A stretch of 57,023 nt of DNA, counting the filler, from Squatina squatina (Eukaryota): NCBI GenBank assembly GCA_031763465.1. It is 3 parts of 3 records of this genome, joined end to end, with 100 filler letters (N's around TTAATTAATTAA, not from the genome) between each part and the next. Parts side by side here need not be neighbours in the genome. Positions count along the whole stretch, not along the records: positions 17,762 to 38,806 come from JARFOE010000235.1; 2 more parts are not named here. The stretch is one strand, 5' to 3'. Below the pieces are notes generated by a model. It did not search any database. It was not told the origin of the DNA and saw only the letters and a list, made by a program, of their open reading frames with translations. Numbering within the stretch: the stretch's first letter is position 1; each line of letters begins with the position of its first letter. Shown here piece by piece: positions 25,090 to 35,850 of this stretch. The position numbers and the translations under genes are program-made.

Positions 25090-27200
25090 GAAACACAATG
25101 GCAGTGCAAGCAGCGGAGCTGAGGCAGACACTTTGACATCAACAGCCGCAGGCACTGGCTTTGGTCGGCTGGTCTTAGGATCTGCTGCTTCGGATTGTAT
25201 CTGCCGAAGCACTGTGAGTACACAACCAAAACTGGTTCGCAAACACATCTGGGGTTTCAGTGATCATTCGGCATGCGGCTTCAACGTGGGCAAAAGGGCT
25301 GCCCATGTCTAAGCCCATGGCTTTCCGGATCAGAGCCTCGAGGTCACACGTGCGAACTCCAGGTGCACGGATTTGTGGTTGTAGTCTCTGGTGAAGCGTG
25401 CCATCCAAACTGAACCACAACAGCTTGTTGTGCTCCTCCGAATCGCACGAATGCACGTCAGCTAGCTGGTTATGCGGTCAAAATGCACCACCGGATCTCC
25501 ATTCTCCTGGAGCAACGGGGTGTTGACCAGCATAGCTTGTAACTGACTGGCGCTATGGGCAACATGATATTCCCCCAGTAATGGTCCTCTCCCTCAAGCA
25601 GGCCCAGGCGTACCATACCGCTGCTGGGTTATTGGGCACATGCGAGCCGCTTCCTCTTGGCTGAAGTCATCACCCAGAGATTCGTCTGAATCCCACTCTG
25701 GTTTGGGCTCGCCCCAGCCATCCTCACTGCCGCCCTGTCCCACTGTGCACCGGGCTCCGGAGCCCTCCATGGTTTGGACGCCCGTCACTCTGTTCCTCTG
25801 GGCTGCGGACCTCTCCAGGTTTCGGCCGCCTACCTCACTATTTGATGCTCCCGTATCCCCTTGGCCTGGTGAGCAATCCTCGGCTGCAGGGGCCATCGAC
25901 TGTCTAAGGTCTGTGACCACCGTGGGTAATTGGGGAGGATTCTATCACCGGCTTTCACCCCGATGGTGGTATCCTCGCTGTCGCTGAGCTCATCCGTTTT
26001 CCCGAGCGGCGGTGCCACCGGCCCCATGAGGTAAACTATGCCTCTGAACGTTGGCAGGGCGAGATTCAGCTCCTGGATCTTAGGAAAACATTGGCTGTGA
26101 TCCGCCGCTTCGTGTTCCTGCACTTGCATCACCTGGATGGTACCCCTTATGTTTCTGAGGAGGCCCTCCAGCTGTGATACCGACAGCTGGTTCTAAGTTG
26201 CGAGTTCTAAGCTTTCTGCCTTACACGCCTTTAGTGCTTCCTTACCCTGTGCCAGGTCAGTGTGGAGCCAGGTCTCTTCTGCCCGCGACTCCAAGGCAAA
26301 TTGCCTGAGGTCCAGCTCAGCGTTGTGGAACTTTGCCAGACACTGGCTTAAGACTATATATCTGGCGATGACCTCCTGCTGTGTGCGCCGGTGTTCCTCC
26401 ACCAGCTCTTCCAGTCGCTTTATGACAGTCTGGTTCTGATTAAGAAGGCACCGCATCCACACAGCCTTCCTGCGGCGGCGCTTGTGTTCCTGGGACCTCA
26501 TCACACGGGCTACCCCTAACCTGTGGTCCTCAGAACGGTAGATGGTTTGGAACCACTGACAAGCCACGTTAACCTTGGTGTAGGCATCGTCTAGTTTGAC
26601 CTGTTCCCACTCTTTCAGGAGTTTTTGATCACTAACAAACTTTCCATCCAGTTTCTTGCCTGGAGGTCCCATCCGGGTCGCCAAAACCATAAGTCACACA
26701 CACTGATCCACAACCTGGTGTCTTTCCGTGCGATCGACAGCGGTCCGGACACTCATTCCTTTGTGTATAGGCAGAGAGACGTCGGCTGTCTGGGGGTTCG
26801 TTTTCCAAGGAATTAAAGGCAAATGGACGTTTTGTCAGAGCGTTGTTAATGAACACACACAGACACACACACGCACACACACAGTTTTTAATACACAAAA
26901 GAGAGTCGGAACTTTATTGTATTCCAATATTGTTTACTTTACACACACGGTTGCCAAGGGAAAGCTAGAGGGAGACCGGCTCTTTCTATTCCTAGGTCAG
27001 ATTGAGGTGTCCCAATTTAGACAGGCCATCCGAATGGCCTCTAAATTCTACCCCGACAATTCTACATTATAGGAGAGGGGCCGCTGAACGCCCTGTTTGA
27101 GCCCCGCATCCTGGAACGATTTTAAACAAAGATCGATGTCATCACAGAACAATGCTGTGGGTTTTATATGCCTCTGACTAAATATCTTGCGGGACTGGGT
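25090..27200 (-). mobile_element. Decayed LTR-retroelement / endogenous retrovirus-like leader plus gag-like region
   Basis: Chain of minus-strand ORFs 26690-26193, 26132-25830 (same frame past one TAG), 25920-25594, 25456-25175 and 25229-25002, with a coiled-coil N-half, a DHSQC motif, a Pro/Gly-rich spacer and a helical capsid-like part (KLLWFSLD..IRKAMG..ETPDVFANQFW). GC/CpG-rich and intronless. No pol, LTR or PBS seen. Confidence 0.6.
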
Positions 27201-27319
27201 AGGAACAACGCTATGCACCTGTAGTACAGTTCTGGGTGTTGACATTGCTTGTTTCCATGCAGTGCATAACTGGGATTTGTACCACTCTGCGTCCTTTCTA
27301 TACATGGCTGGATTTTAGA

Positions 27320-27799
27320 AATATCTGTGTCCTTGCAGTTCAGAGCTGGATTTTTGCAGGTCTGTACATGCGGTGTTTACAGCTCTGTGTCCTTACAGTG
27401 CAGTCTCTCCGGCTTTTACCGGTCTGTGCATTATCGTGCAGTGCCTGCGGTTTTTACAGCTCCATGTCCTTGCAGAGCTGTACATGTAGTAATTACAGTT
27501 CTGTATCCGTACAGTGCAATGCCTGCGGTTGTTACAGCTCTGTATACTTACAGTGCGGTGCCTTTGGTTTTTGCAGGTCTGTGTCCTTACAGTGCAGTGC
27601 ATTCGGTTTTTACAGGTCTGTGTCCTTACAGTGCAGTGCATTCGGTTTTTGCAGGTCAGTGTCCTTACAGTGCGGTGCATTCGGTTTTTACAGGTCTGTG
27701 TCCTTACAGTGCAGTGCATTCGGTTTTTACAGGTCTGTGTCCTTACAGGGCAGTGCATTCGGTTTTAACTGGTCTGTGTCCTTACAGTGCAGTGCATTC
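27320..27799. repeat. 39-bp minisatellite, about 12 copies
   Basis: Unit tacagtgcagtgcattcggtttttacaggtctgtgtcct; 13-aa periodicity in the ORFs; runs into a gap. Confidence 0.92.
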
Positions 27800-29729
27800 N
27801 NNNNNNNNNNNNNNNNNNNNNNNNNNNNNNNNNNNNNNNNNNNNNNNNNNNNNNNNNNNNNNNNNNNNNNNNNNNNNNNNNNNNNNNNNNNNNNNNNNNT
27901 GTCGTGTTGCGACTGGATTTAGCAGAAAGATTAGAGACAGTCAGAAAAACAGAGACAGATTAAATACAGCCTCCCTGTTTCAGCTTTGAACTGATCACAC
28001 GGGAAGATCTGCAGTTGGTTGATGGGATTCCACTGACTGGACACACCAGGTATCTCTGGGACAGTGAAGTGGGTGACAGCCTATTTTGTGTCCAGTTACT
28101 TTTTACATCTTTACCGTGCAACTTTAAGTCAAATTATAATCTCAACCAAGCTTGAGATGTTTTCTGTTTTTATCTTAATTTCTGAACACGATTGTAGTTA
28201 GATATTCAAAGGTTGAACGGTCCTTTGGGTCAGAACATCACTGCCTGTCAGTCTGGCAGCATTCAGTCCTACTCCCCTCAGTGTTACACGTGAGTTGGTG
28301 CCAATGGCCAGTCCTGGAGCCACTGACCCCTTGCTGGATACAGTTCCACAGGCACCAGAAGCTCTGTGATACCCAAGAGACAATGTTGGCAAGCTCTTTG
28401 ACTGTGGAGTGCATCACAGCTGGCCTAATTCTGTTCTCCTCCCGTGTCTATGTGAGCACATGTTCCAGTAGAAATCACTGGATAGTAATCAAGAGCTGGA
28501 ACTCTGGCTGATCCTTACCCTCTCTAACTTAGAGGTGTGGAACCACTGGCTGAGGTCACTTCAGTGAGGGCGGACCCGGAATCAGGCCTGGGACTGATTG
28601 TCCTCTATGGTTTTGGGGGACATTGGTGATGTCATTAAGATTATTGGAGCCTGCTCCTGAACCATCCACACTGTGGTGTCAAACCTCCTGCAGAGGTAGA
28701 CAAATTCTTCATAAACCTGTAATTATGAAAAAAACAAAGCATGGCTTGGGGAATATTTAAATACACTGTAATTAACGCCGGCATTTTATGGCAGAATCCC
28801 AAATTGCAGCGAAAGCAGAAACTGATCTGGATTGGTTCCCAGTGGGAGGAGGCTGGAGGAGCCGAGGGTTAGACCAGGAGTGAGATGTGAGAGGCTGTTG
28901 GCCCTCAGCAATTAAAGGCTGTCTCCATCCTTCCCCACATCATTCTGCTCAGTTCCCATTTCTATTTCTTTATTTTCCCATGCCACGTCCTAGCAGTGGA
29001 TCAGACACGGTGTCTATTGTGCTGCGGGTACCCTCCTCTGCGAGTATCTTTTGTTTCAATTGACGTGTCCATTCATCTGGAGCAAGATTTCCACGTCTGA
29101 AGATTAGGCTGGGCGAGCCTGAGAAACGGGTAGCTTTGATTCATGCACCAATCCCTCCAGGATCGCAGCCAAGTGATCTGCTCCCAGGATCCTTCTTAGG
29201 CTCTCCTGACACCCTCCCTTGCCCCTGCTCCTGGCTTCACTGGCCTTGAAGTATTTGCTACCCTGTGTGGGGCTCACTTTCCTGACAGCCTCGAGATCCT
29301 CTTCTGCCCGCGCTCAACGAGAATTAGTTTCCCCATTACCGATTTGAAGCTAAAATGGGGGCAAGGCTTCAGAATTAGGGAGCTGGGATTTCAGAGACAC
29401 AAGGTGGGGATCTTCAAGAAATAGCCTTGAAAGGGCAAAGGTAGGGTTGGGAGAAATTCAACATCGTTGTGCCTGTCATATAACGGGCGCTATGATGTCA
29501 AGTGTAGCGCTGTGCCAGTCCACACCTGATATGTACGTGCATTCCGGACACTGCTAAATTCATCAGGTCTTTATTTTTAGGTGGCTACAAGGAGCAATAT
29601 TGAAATGAAGTTTCTGTACTGATGAGGATCCGTTTGTAAAACTCATGCAGACGCTCCGATTAGTTTTTGCGGATTTACAGCGGCCAATTCCATGGTCCTT
29701 AAAGAGTTTGCTGGAGAGCCACGCTGGTG

Positions 29730-29960
29730 TGAGACTGGAGTCACATATAGCCCAGAATTGATAAGGGTGGCAGGTTTCATTCCCTAAAGGGCACGAGTGA
29801 ACGAATTGATTTAATTAGAACAATCCAACAGCTCCATGGTCACTTTTACTGAGACCAGCTTTTTAATTCCAGATTGTTTTTTTTTTAATTGCATTCAAAT
29901 TCTCAAGCTGCCCGCGGTGGGATTTGAACTCAAGTTCTCCAGAATATTGGCCCAGCAGCA
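29730..29960 (-). mobile_element. tRNA-derived SINE
   Basis: B-box-like gagttcaaatcccacc on the minus strand (plus strand gtgggatttgaactc) with a LINE-like tail (cccagaattgataagggtggcaggtttc..ccctaaaggg). Confidence 0.65.
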
Positions 29961-30844
29961 TCACCACGACACTAACCTGATTGGTCCACAATAACATCGA
30001 TGAAACATATTGGACCAATACTGGAGGTGGGGGGTGTGACGGAGCCCCCAACAACTGGCGGCGCACAGGGCAGCTGCTCAGCGGCCAAGCGGCCAGTGAG
30101 TTTCTCCCATCCCCAGGCCATAGTGTGGCAGCAGCTAAGCGATTTCAGCCAGGAACATGTCGAACGTGGAACAGCTCTAATGCCTGTTGCTCAGAGAGGA
30201 GAGTTTCGAAATGACGTTACAGCTGGACGTGTGTTTATCGGCCACCCAAAGTACAGAGAGCTGGGACTGCATTTCTCTCCGGCCCGTTACAGCTCCCTCT
30301 GTCCACCCAAGGGCCCAGCTTTGGGTCTGGCAGATCAGCTCCATTTCCTGAGCGCCGTTCTGTTCTTTAAACGTGCAGGCAGTCCAGGGCTCCCCTGCCC
30401 CACACACACGCACACAGACCATTGTCCTGATGTCCCCACCATCCCGCCCTCCCCATGCCACTGCTCACAGTAAGATCATACGACTGAGAAACTATTCCAT
30501 GTATCACACGAGGAGGCATTATTCTGTTGCTACGTTAAAGGCGCTATGTAAATGCGAGGTATTCTTGGGTGTTTACGTGTCCGTCCTTTTAAGGCAACAA
30601 ATGAGCAAGTAAGCAGCCTGAAGGTTCTGACGTGCAGCCTGAAACTTGTACGTAATTTATTGACCAACCCCAAGGAATTTACGAGCAGTCACTTAACTGG
30701 ATTTCCTCAGGGAGTGCTTGAGCTGTAGCCATAATGGGGCCTGCTAGTTTATCGTGTACTTCCCACATCATAATGTTGCCCACTTGAGCTGCAGCCTTGT
30801 CTCCCCCGCAGCTTTGCAGGGCAAGGTTCCTCAAACAGCAATCA

Positions 30845-31030
30845 ACAGACGGGGCCTCGGTGAAACATCTTAAGCGAGAAACGGCAAATCCGACAGTGCG
30901 GCGCTCCCTCGGCGCCGCCCCTCCGACGATGCGGCGCTCCCTCGGCGCCGCCCCTCCGACGGTGCGGCGCTCCCTCAGTACTGGCACTGGGTCTCTAGAG
31001 TGGGACTCGAACCCACGACCTTCTGATTTA
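30845..31030 (-). mobile_element. Deu-SINE fragment with internal 33-bp triplication
   Basis: agacggggcctcggt...(ccgacagtgcggcgctccctcggcgccgcccct) about 2.7 copies...gagtgggactcgaacccacgaccttctga (tRNA head); homologous to 33095-33240. Confidence 0.75.
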
Positions 31031-31809
31031 TTACCCTTGTGCTTTGGGGACGCCTTTGAATTTTATTTTCTTTGTGAATTCTGCGCTCTTCGACATAGGG
31101 GAGGCACCGAGCACTCCCAGGACAGGCGCAGTCAGCTTTGATCCACGCACCCAACTTTGAATTGAATTGAAGCCTTCCTGGCTCATTTGATTTGCTTTTA
31201 ATTTATTTCCTGTTGGGGCTCATTCTAGCCAGCAAAACGAGGAGACTCCCAGCCCTCGTCAGCCTGGAGCAGGTTTGAACCCAGGTTCCAGTGATGAATG
31301 ATCCACTGCCCAGCCCAGTAACTATCGCCACCCCCCTAAACTCCCCAGTGGGTGACTCGGAGTAACATTGGCAGGAGAATGGGAGCAGGTTGCCTATGAA
31401 CTCGAGCAGCTTGACTGGGAAAGCTGGCTTCCAGTCCAAGAATGTTCAGTTTAAAGATTTATTAGCAGGATGACCCCCTAATACTATGGAGCGCTAAGAA
31501 CCATTTTATTGATCCTGCGCCAGCTGTAATTCTTCACCGCCTGCTGGTCAGGGGGACGTGGACAGTTCCTTTCTCCTCACTCTCTCTCGGGTTTTGCCAT
31601 TCCCAGAGCAGGGCGTGACCTAATCCATGGTGCCTCTGTGACCCCCTCAGTACAAGCTGACCTGTGGTGATTGGCCTTGCCAGCGTGGCCAGAACTCCTG
31701 ATTCTAGATCTTCTGAGCTCTTGTTCATCTTAAGATGCAAACACGTTGTCCCCTCTCTCTCCACCACCCTTAGAATCCTCCAGCCCAGGGTGCCTGTGCT
31801 GGCTCTGTG

Positions 31810-32400
31810 AACGAGCTCTCCAATTAGTCCCACTCCCCCTGCTCTTTCCCCACAGCCCCTGTGAATTTCTCCTTTTCCAGTATTTCTCCGATTCCCCTTT
31901 TGAAAGTTACTATTGAATCTGCTCCCACCGCCCTTTCAGGCAGCGCCTTCCAGATCACAACAACTCGCTGTGTAAAAACATTCTCCTCACCTCCCCCTCT
32001 GGGTCTTTCACCGATTCTCTTCAATCTGTGTCCCTCTGGTTACCGACCCTCCTGCCCCCGGACACAGTTTCTCCTTATTTACTCCATCGAAACCCCTCGT
32101 GATTCTGAACACCTCGATTAAATCTCCCCTCAACCTTCTCTGCTCCGAGGAGAACAACCCCAGCTTCTCCAGTCTCTCCACAGTAACTGAAGTCCCTCAT
32201 CCCTGGGACTATTCCCGTAAATCTCCCCCACACCCTCTCCAAGGCCTCGACATCCTTCCTAAAGTGCGGGGCCCAGAATTGGACGCAATGCTCCAACTGG
32301 GGCCGAACCGGTGATTTATAAAGGGTTTGGCAATAACTTCCTTGCTTTTCTACTCTATTCCTCTATTAATAAAAACCAAGGACCCCATAAGCTTTGATAA
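31810..32400 (-). mobile_element. CR1 LINE 3' end
   Basis: EHCVQFWAPHFRKDVEALERV; FTQRVVVIWKALPE. Confidence 0.9.
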
Positions 32401-32482
32401 TTTTAACTGTTCATTTAGTCATCCACTGGTTCTCTCCTTTTCACAAACCAAAGCCGAGGCCAATTGTAGCCTCCTTGTGAAA

Positions 32483-33270
32483 GGACTTGCATTCCTACAG
32501 CACCTTTAATGACATCAGGATGTCCCAAATGCTTCACAGCCAATGAATTATTTTTGAACAGTAGTCACTGTTGTAAGATAGTGAAATGTAGCAGCCAATT
32601 TTATGCACAGCAAGGTCCGACACACAATAATGAGACAATGACACCGGTTCCTATGTTCATACATTTCCGAGCTACTTTAGAGGTTGATTATTGTTACCAA
32701 GGGAAGAATCGGAAAAGAAAACCCAGAAAGAGAGAACCAGAAGACACTGGACGGGGCAAAAAAATAAACATATAAGATAATCACTAATAAATCCAATAAG
32801 GAATTCAGGAGAATCTGAATGTGGAACTCGCGATCACAAGGAGTAGTTGAGGCAAATAGCATAGATACCTATGCAAAGCTGGATAAGTACACGAGGGAGA
32901 AAGGAACAGAAGGATACGTTGATAGGGTGAGCTGAAGTACAGTGGGAGGAGGCTCGAGTGGAGCATAATCACCGGCATAGACCAGTTGGGCCAAATGGCT
33001 GTGCTGTAAATTCTTTTTGAGTGATGTTCATTGAGAACTTCCCTGCTCTTCTGCAAAATAGTGCCATTGGATACAGTACATCCACCTGAGAGGGCACATG
33101 GGGCCTCAGTTTAGCATCTCATCATCTCATCCAAAAGATGGCACATCGACAGTGCAGCACTCCCTCAGTACTAGAGGTGCCAGCCTAGATTATGTGTTTA
33201 GGTCTCAAGAGTGGGGCTTGAACCCACAACCTTCTGACGCAGAAGCAAAAGTACTACCCACTGAAAGCTG
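32483..33270 (-). mobile_element. SacSINE1-like Deu-SINE interrupted by a plus-strand CR1 3' fragment (~32790-33012)
   Basis: Tail at 32483-32640, Deu domain and tRNA head at 33035-33270 (cagtgcagcactccctcagtact; ggcttgaacccacaaccttctgac); CR1 tail gggaggaggctcgagtggagcataa..gggccaaatggctgtgctgta lies between. Confidence 0.7.
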
Positions 33271-33456
33271 ACACATTGGTTGGTGGGAGGTGGAAAAGTC
33301 AGGGTCCCCAAGCCCTAACCACGATCCCGATCCAACGTTCACTACTATGAATGCGTNNNNNNNNNNNNNNNNNNNNNNNNNNNNNNNNNNNNNNNNNNNN
33401 NNNNNNNNNNNNNNNNNNNNNNNNNNNNNNNNNNNNNNNNNNNNNNNNNNNNNNNN

Positions 33457-33682
33457 TTCCCAGTCTCCTGGCCAATATTTATCCCTCAACCAACCTCACT
33501 TAAACATATCTGGTCATTATCATGCTATTACCATTTGTGGGATCTTGCTATGCACAAATTGGCTGCCATGTTTTCCTCAAAAACACTAGTGACTACACTT
33601 CAGAAGTACTTGATTGGCTGTAAAGTGCTTTGGGACATCCTAAGATTGTGAACGGTGTTACATAAATGTAAGTCTTTCTCTT
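33457..33682 (+). mobile_element. SacSINE1-like SINE 3' half
   Basis: cctggccaatatttatccctcaaccaac...gtgggatcttgctatgcacaaattggctgcc...gtgactacacttcagaagtacttgattggctgtaaagtgctttgggacatcc. Confidence 0.8.
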
Positions 33683-33872
33683 TAACAGTGTGTTTCACGG
33701 GGATCTGTATTGATGGAGCAGTGTGTTAGAGGGAGTTTCATGGTATTTTCTGGTACGAAATATTGTTAGTTGCTGGCACATTCCAGATTCCCAGCCAGTG
33801 CGTGAAGACAAATCATTTCCCGGCTGATTTTCAGATGCTCGACCATTGCTAAAATCTTGCCTGATTTTTCAG

Positions 33873-34101
33873 TCTCGGTGATGGATATCCGGGATGTCCA
33901 AGAGGGGCACCGGTCGGAGGTGATGAAGAAACATGGCAGCAACTTCTCGGAGAAACGGTGCTTCACCATCGTGTTCACGGGCAGCCGGACCACCCTGGAC
34001 CTGGTGGCAGCAACGGAGGAAGAAGGGAGGCGATGGGTTCATGGGCTTCAAAAACTCATCAGAAGAGCAGAAACCATGAGCCAGCGAGATAAAATTCACC
34101 A
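33873..34101 (+). CDS. PLCD3: Phospholipase C delta (delta-3-like), PH-domain exon
   Basis: gatttttcag| acceptor; SVMDIRDVQEGHRSEVMKKHGSNFSEKRCFTIVFTGSRTTLDLVAATEEEGRRWVHGLQKLIRRAETMSQRDKIH; homology ends exactly at an ATATCCTTT U12-type donor. Confidence 0.88.
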
Positions 34102-34110
34102 ATATCCTTT
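34102..34110 (+). promoter_or_regulatory. U12-type (AT-AC) 5' splice site
   Basis: ATATCCTTT equals the minor-spliceosome donor consensus and sits at the expected PLC-delta exon boundary; no GT donor at that position. Confidence 0.85.
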
Positions 34111-34435
34111 GCGAGCTGTTTTCTTTAGTCAGATACAACAACAGGTCATTTAACAAGTGCATGTTGCCTGAAAACCATGGGCAGCGATCTTCTGAATTTC
34201 CCATATACACCCTCAGTAATGGGCAGTGTTTAGAATGGGTAATTCAGTGATTAGTAGCACAAGCCTTGGTTGCGTGGTTGTGTGTGTGTGTGTCTATTTG
34301 TGTGTACATGTCAATTTTCTCTGTAATTTTATTTGTGCGTGCCCTTTAACTGGCTGCACGACTCATAAATTTTTTCGTGCATGCGTGGTTATTTACATTG
34401 TAAAGCTGGTGAGTGGCCTGCACATTCCTAATGGA

Positions 34436-34691
34436 AACATGTGTGTGTTTGCATGTGTCCATGTGTGGTGTGTGTGTGTGTACAGGCATGATGGGTGTGT
34501 GTGTGTACAGGCATGGTTGGGGTGTGTGTGTGTGTACAGGCACGGATGGGTGTGTGTGTGTACAGGCACGGATGGGTGTGTGTGTGTATACAGGCATGGT
34601 GGGTCTGTGTTTGTACAAGCATGGTGTGTGCGGGTGCCTACAGGCAGGGGTGTGTGTGTGTGTGTGTGTCCAAGCACGGATGGGTGTCTGT
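34436..34691. repeat. Compound (TG)n / gtacaggca(t/c)gg tandem repeat
   Basis: Repeating tgtgtgtgtacaggcatgg/cacggatggg units of variable length; source of the His/Thr and Val/Cys low-complexity ORFs. Confidence 0.9.
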
Positions 34692-34791
34692 NNNNNNNNN
34701 NNNNNNNNNNNNNNNNNNNNNNNNNNNNNNNNNNNNNNNNNNNNNNNNNNNNNNNNNNNNNNNNNNNNNNNNNNNNNNNNNNNNNNNNNNN

Positions 34792-34911
34792 GTGGAGTTG
34801 GACTGCTGGGAGGGGCCAAATGGAGAGCCAATTATCTACCACGGATACACCCTCACCTCAAAAATCCTCTTCAAAGACGTCATCACAACCATCCGGGATT
34901 ACGCCTTCACA
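34792..34911 (+). CDS. PLCD3: Phospholipase C delta-3 catalytic X-domain exon (5' part in gap)
   Basis: [40 protein letters not shown] then aca|gtaaga donor; carries the second catalytic His (YHG); WEGP and AFT match PLCD3. Confidence 0.93.
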
Positions 34912-35568
34912 GTAAGATATAGGAACCATTCCCAGTGTCTGACAGTGAGAGATAGGAACTATTCCAAGTGTCTGACAGAGAGAGAGAGGAACCATTCCCA
35001 GTGTCTGATAGTGAGAGATAGGAACAATTCCCAGTGTCGGACAGTGAGATAGGAACCATTCCCAGTATCTGACAGAGAGAGAGAGGAACCATTCCCAGTG
35101 TCTGACAGTGAGATAGGAACCATTCCCAGTGTCTGACAGAGAGAGAGAGGAACCATTCCCAGTGTCTAACAGTGTGAGATAGGAACCATTCCCAGTATCT
35201 GACAGAGAGAGAGAGGAACCATTCCCAGTGTCTGACAGTGAGAGATAGGAACCATTCCCAGTATCTGACAGAGAGAGAGAGGAACAATTCCCAGTGTCTG
35301 ACAGTGAGATAGGAACCATTCCCAGTGTCTAACAGTGTGAGATAGGAACCATTCCCAGTATCTGACAGAGAGAGAGAGGAACAATTCCCAGTGTCTGACA
35401 GTGAGAGAGAGGAACCATTCCCAGTGTCTGACAGTGAGAGAGAGGAACCATTCCCAATGTCTGACAGTGAGAGAGAGGAACCATTCCCAATGTCTGACAG
35501 TGAGAGAGAGGAACGATTTGCAGTGTCTGAGAGTGAGATAGCATGCACTCCCAGTGTCCAACAGTGAG
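34909..35568. repeat. 31-35-bp minisatellite, about 20 copies, starting at the PLCD3 donor
   Basis: Unit acagtgagagataggaaccattcccagtgtctg with variable (GA)n; runs into a gap. Confidence 0.93.
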
Positions 35569-35668
35569 NNNNNNNNNNNNNNNNNNNNNNNNNNNNNNNN
35601 NNNNNNNNNNNNNNNNNNNNNNNNNNNNNNNNNNNNNNNNNNNNNNNNNNNNNNNNNNNNNNNNNNNN

Positions 35669-35850
35669 AAATAGGATTGGTGCATTTGAGTGGAGGCTAG
35701 ATAAGTATATGAGGGAAAAGGGAATAGATGATTATGCTGACAGTTAGATGAGGAAAGATGGGAGGAGACTCGAGTGGAGCATAAACACCGGCATAGTTGG
35801 GCCGAATGGCCTGTTTTTGTGCTGTATATCCAATGTAATCCTATGTAATT
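35669..35850 (+). mobile_element. CR1 3' tail
   Basis: gctagataagtatatgagggaaaaggg...gagtggagcataaacaccggc...gggccgaatggcctg...tatgtaat. Confidence 0.75.

Noticed and set aside
27236-27989. Long Cys-rich ORFs (228 and 220 aa)
   Set aside because: Translations of the 39-bp minisatellite plus N-gap; open in several frames on both strands.
30000-30473. 157-aa plus-strand ORF upstream of PLCD3
   Set aside because: No recognisable homology or convincing splice-site pair; consistent with a chance ORF in GC-richer DNA.
34340-34415. ccctttaac-tggctgcac as the U12 branch/AC acceptor partner of the PLCD3 AT donor
   Set aside because: Splicing at this AC gives a non-PLC peptide, and the tempting WLHD frame is out of phase and stops after five codons; the true next exon is probably in the gap.
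34909-35568. CRISPR-like appearance of the tandem arrays (also 27320-27799)
   Set aside because: No unique spacers, no cas genes, vertebrate context.
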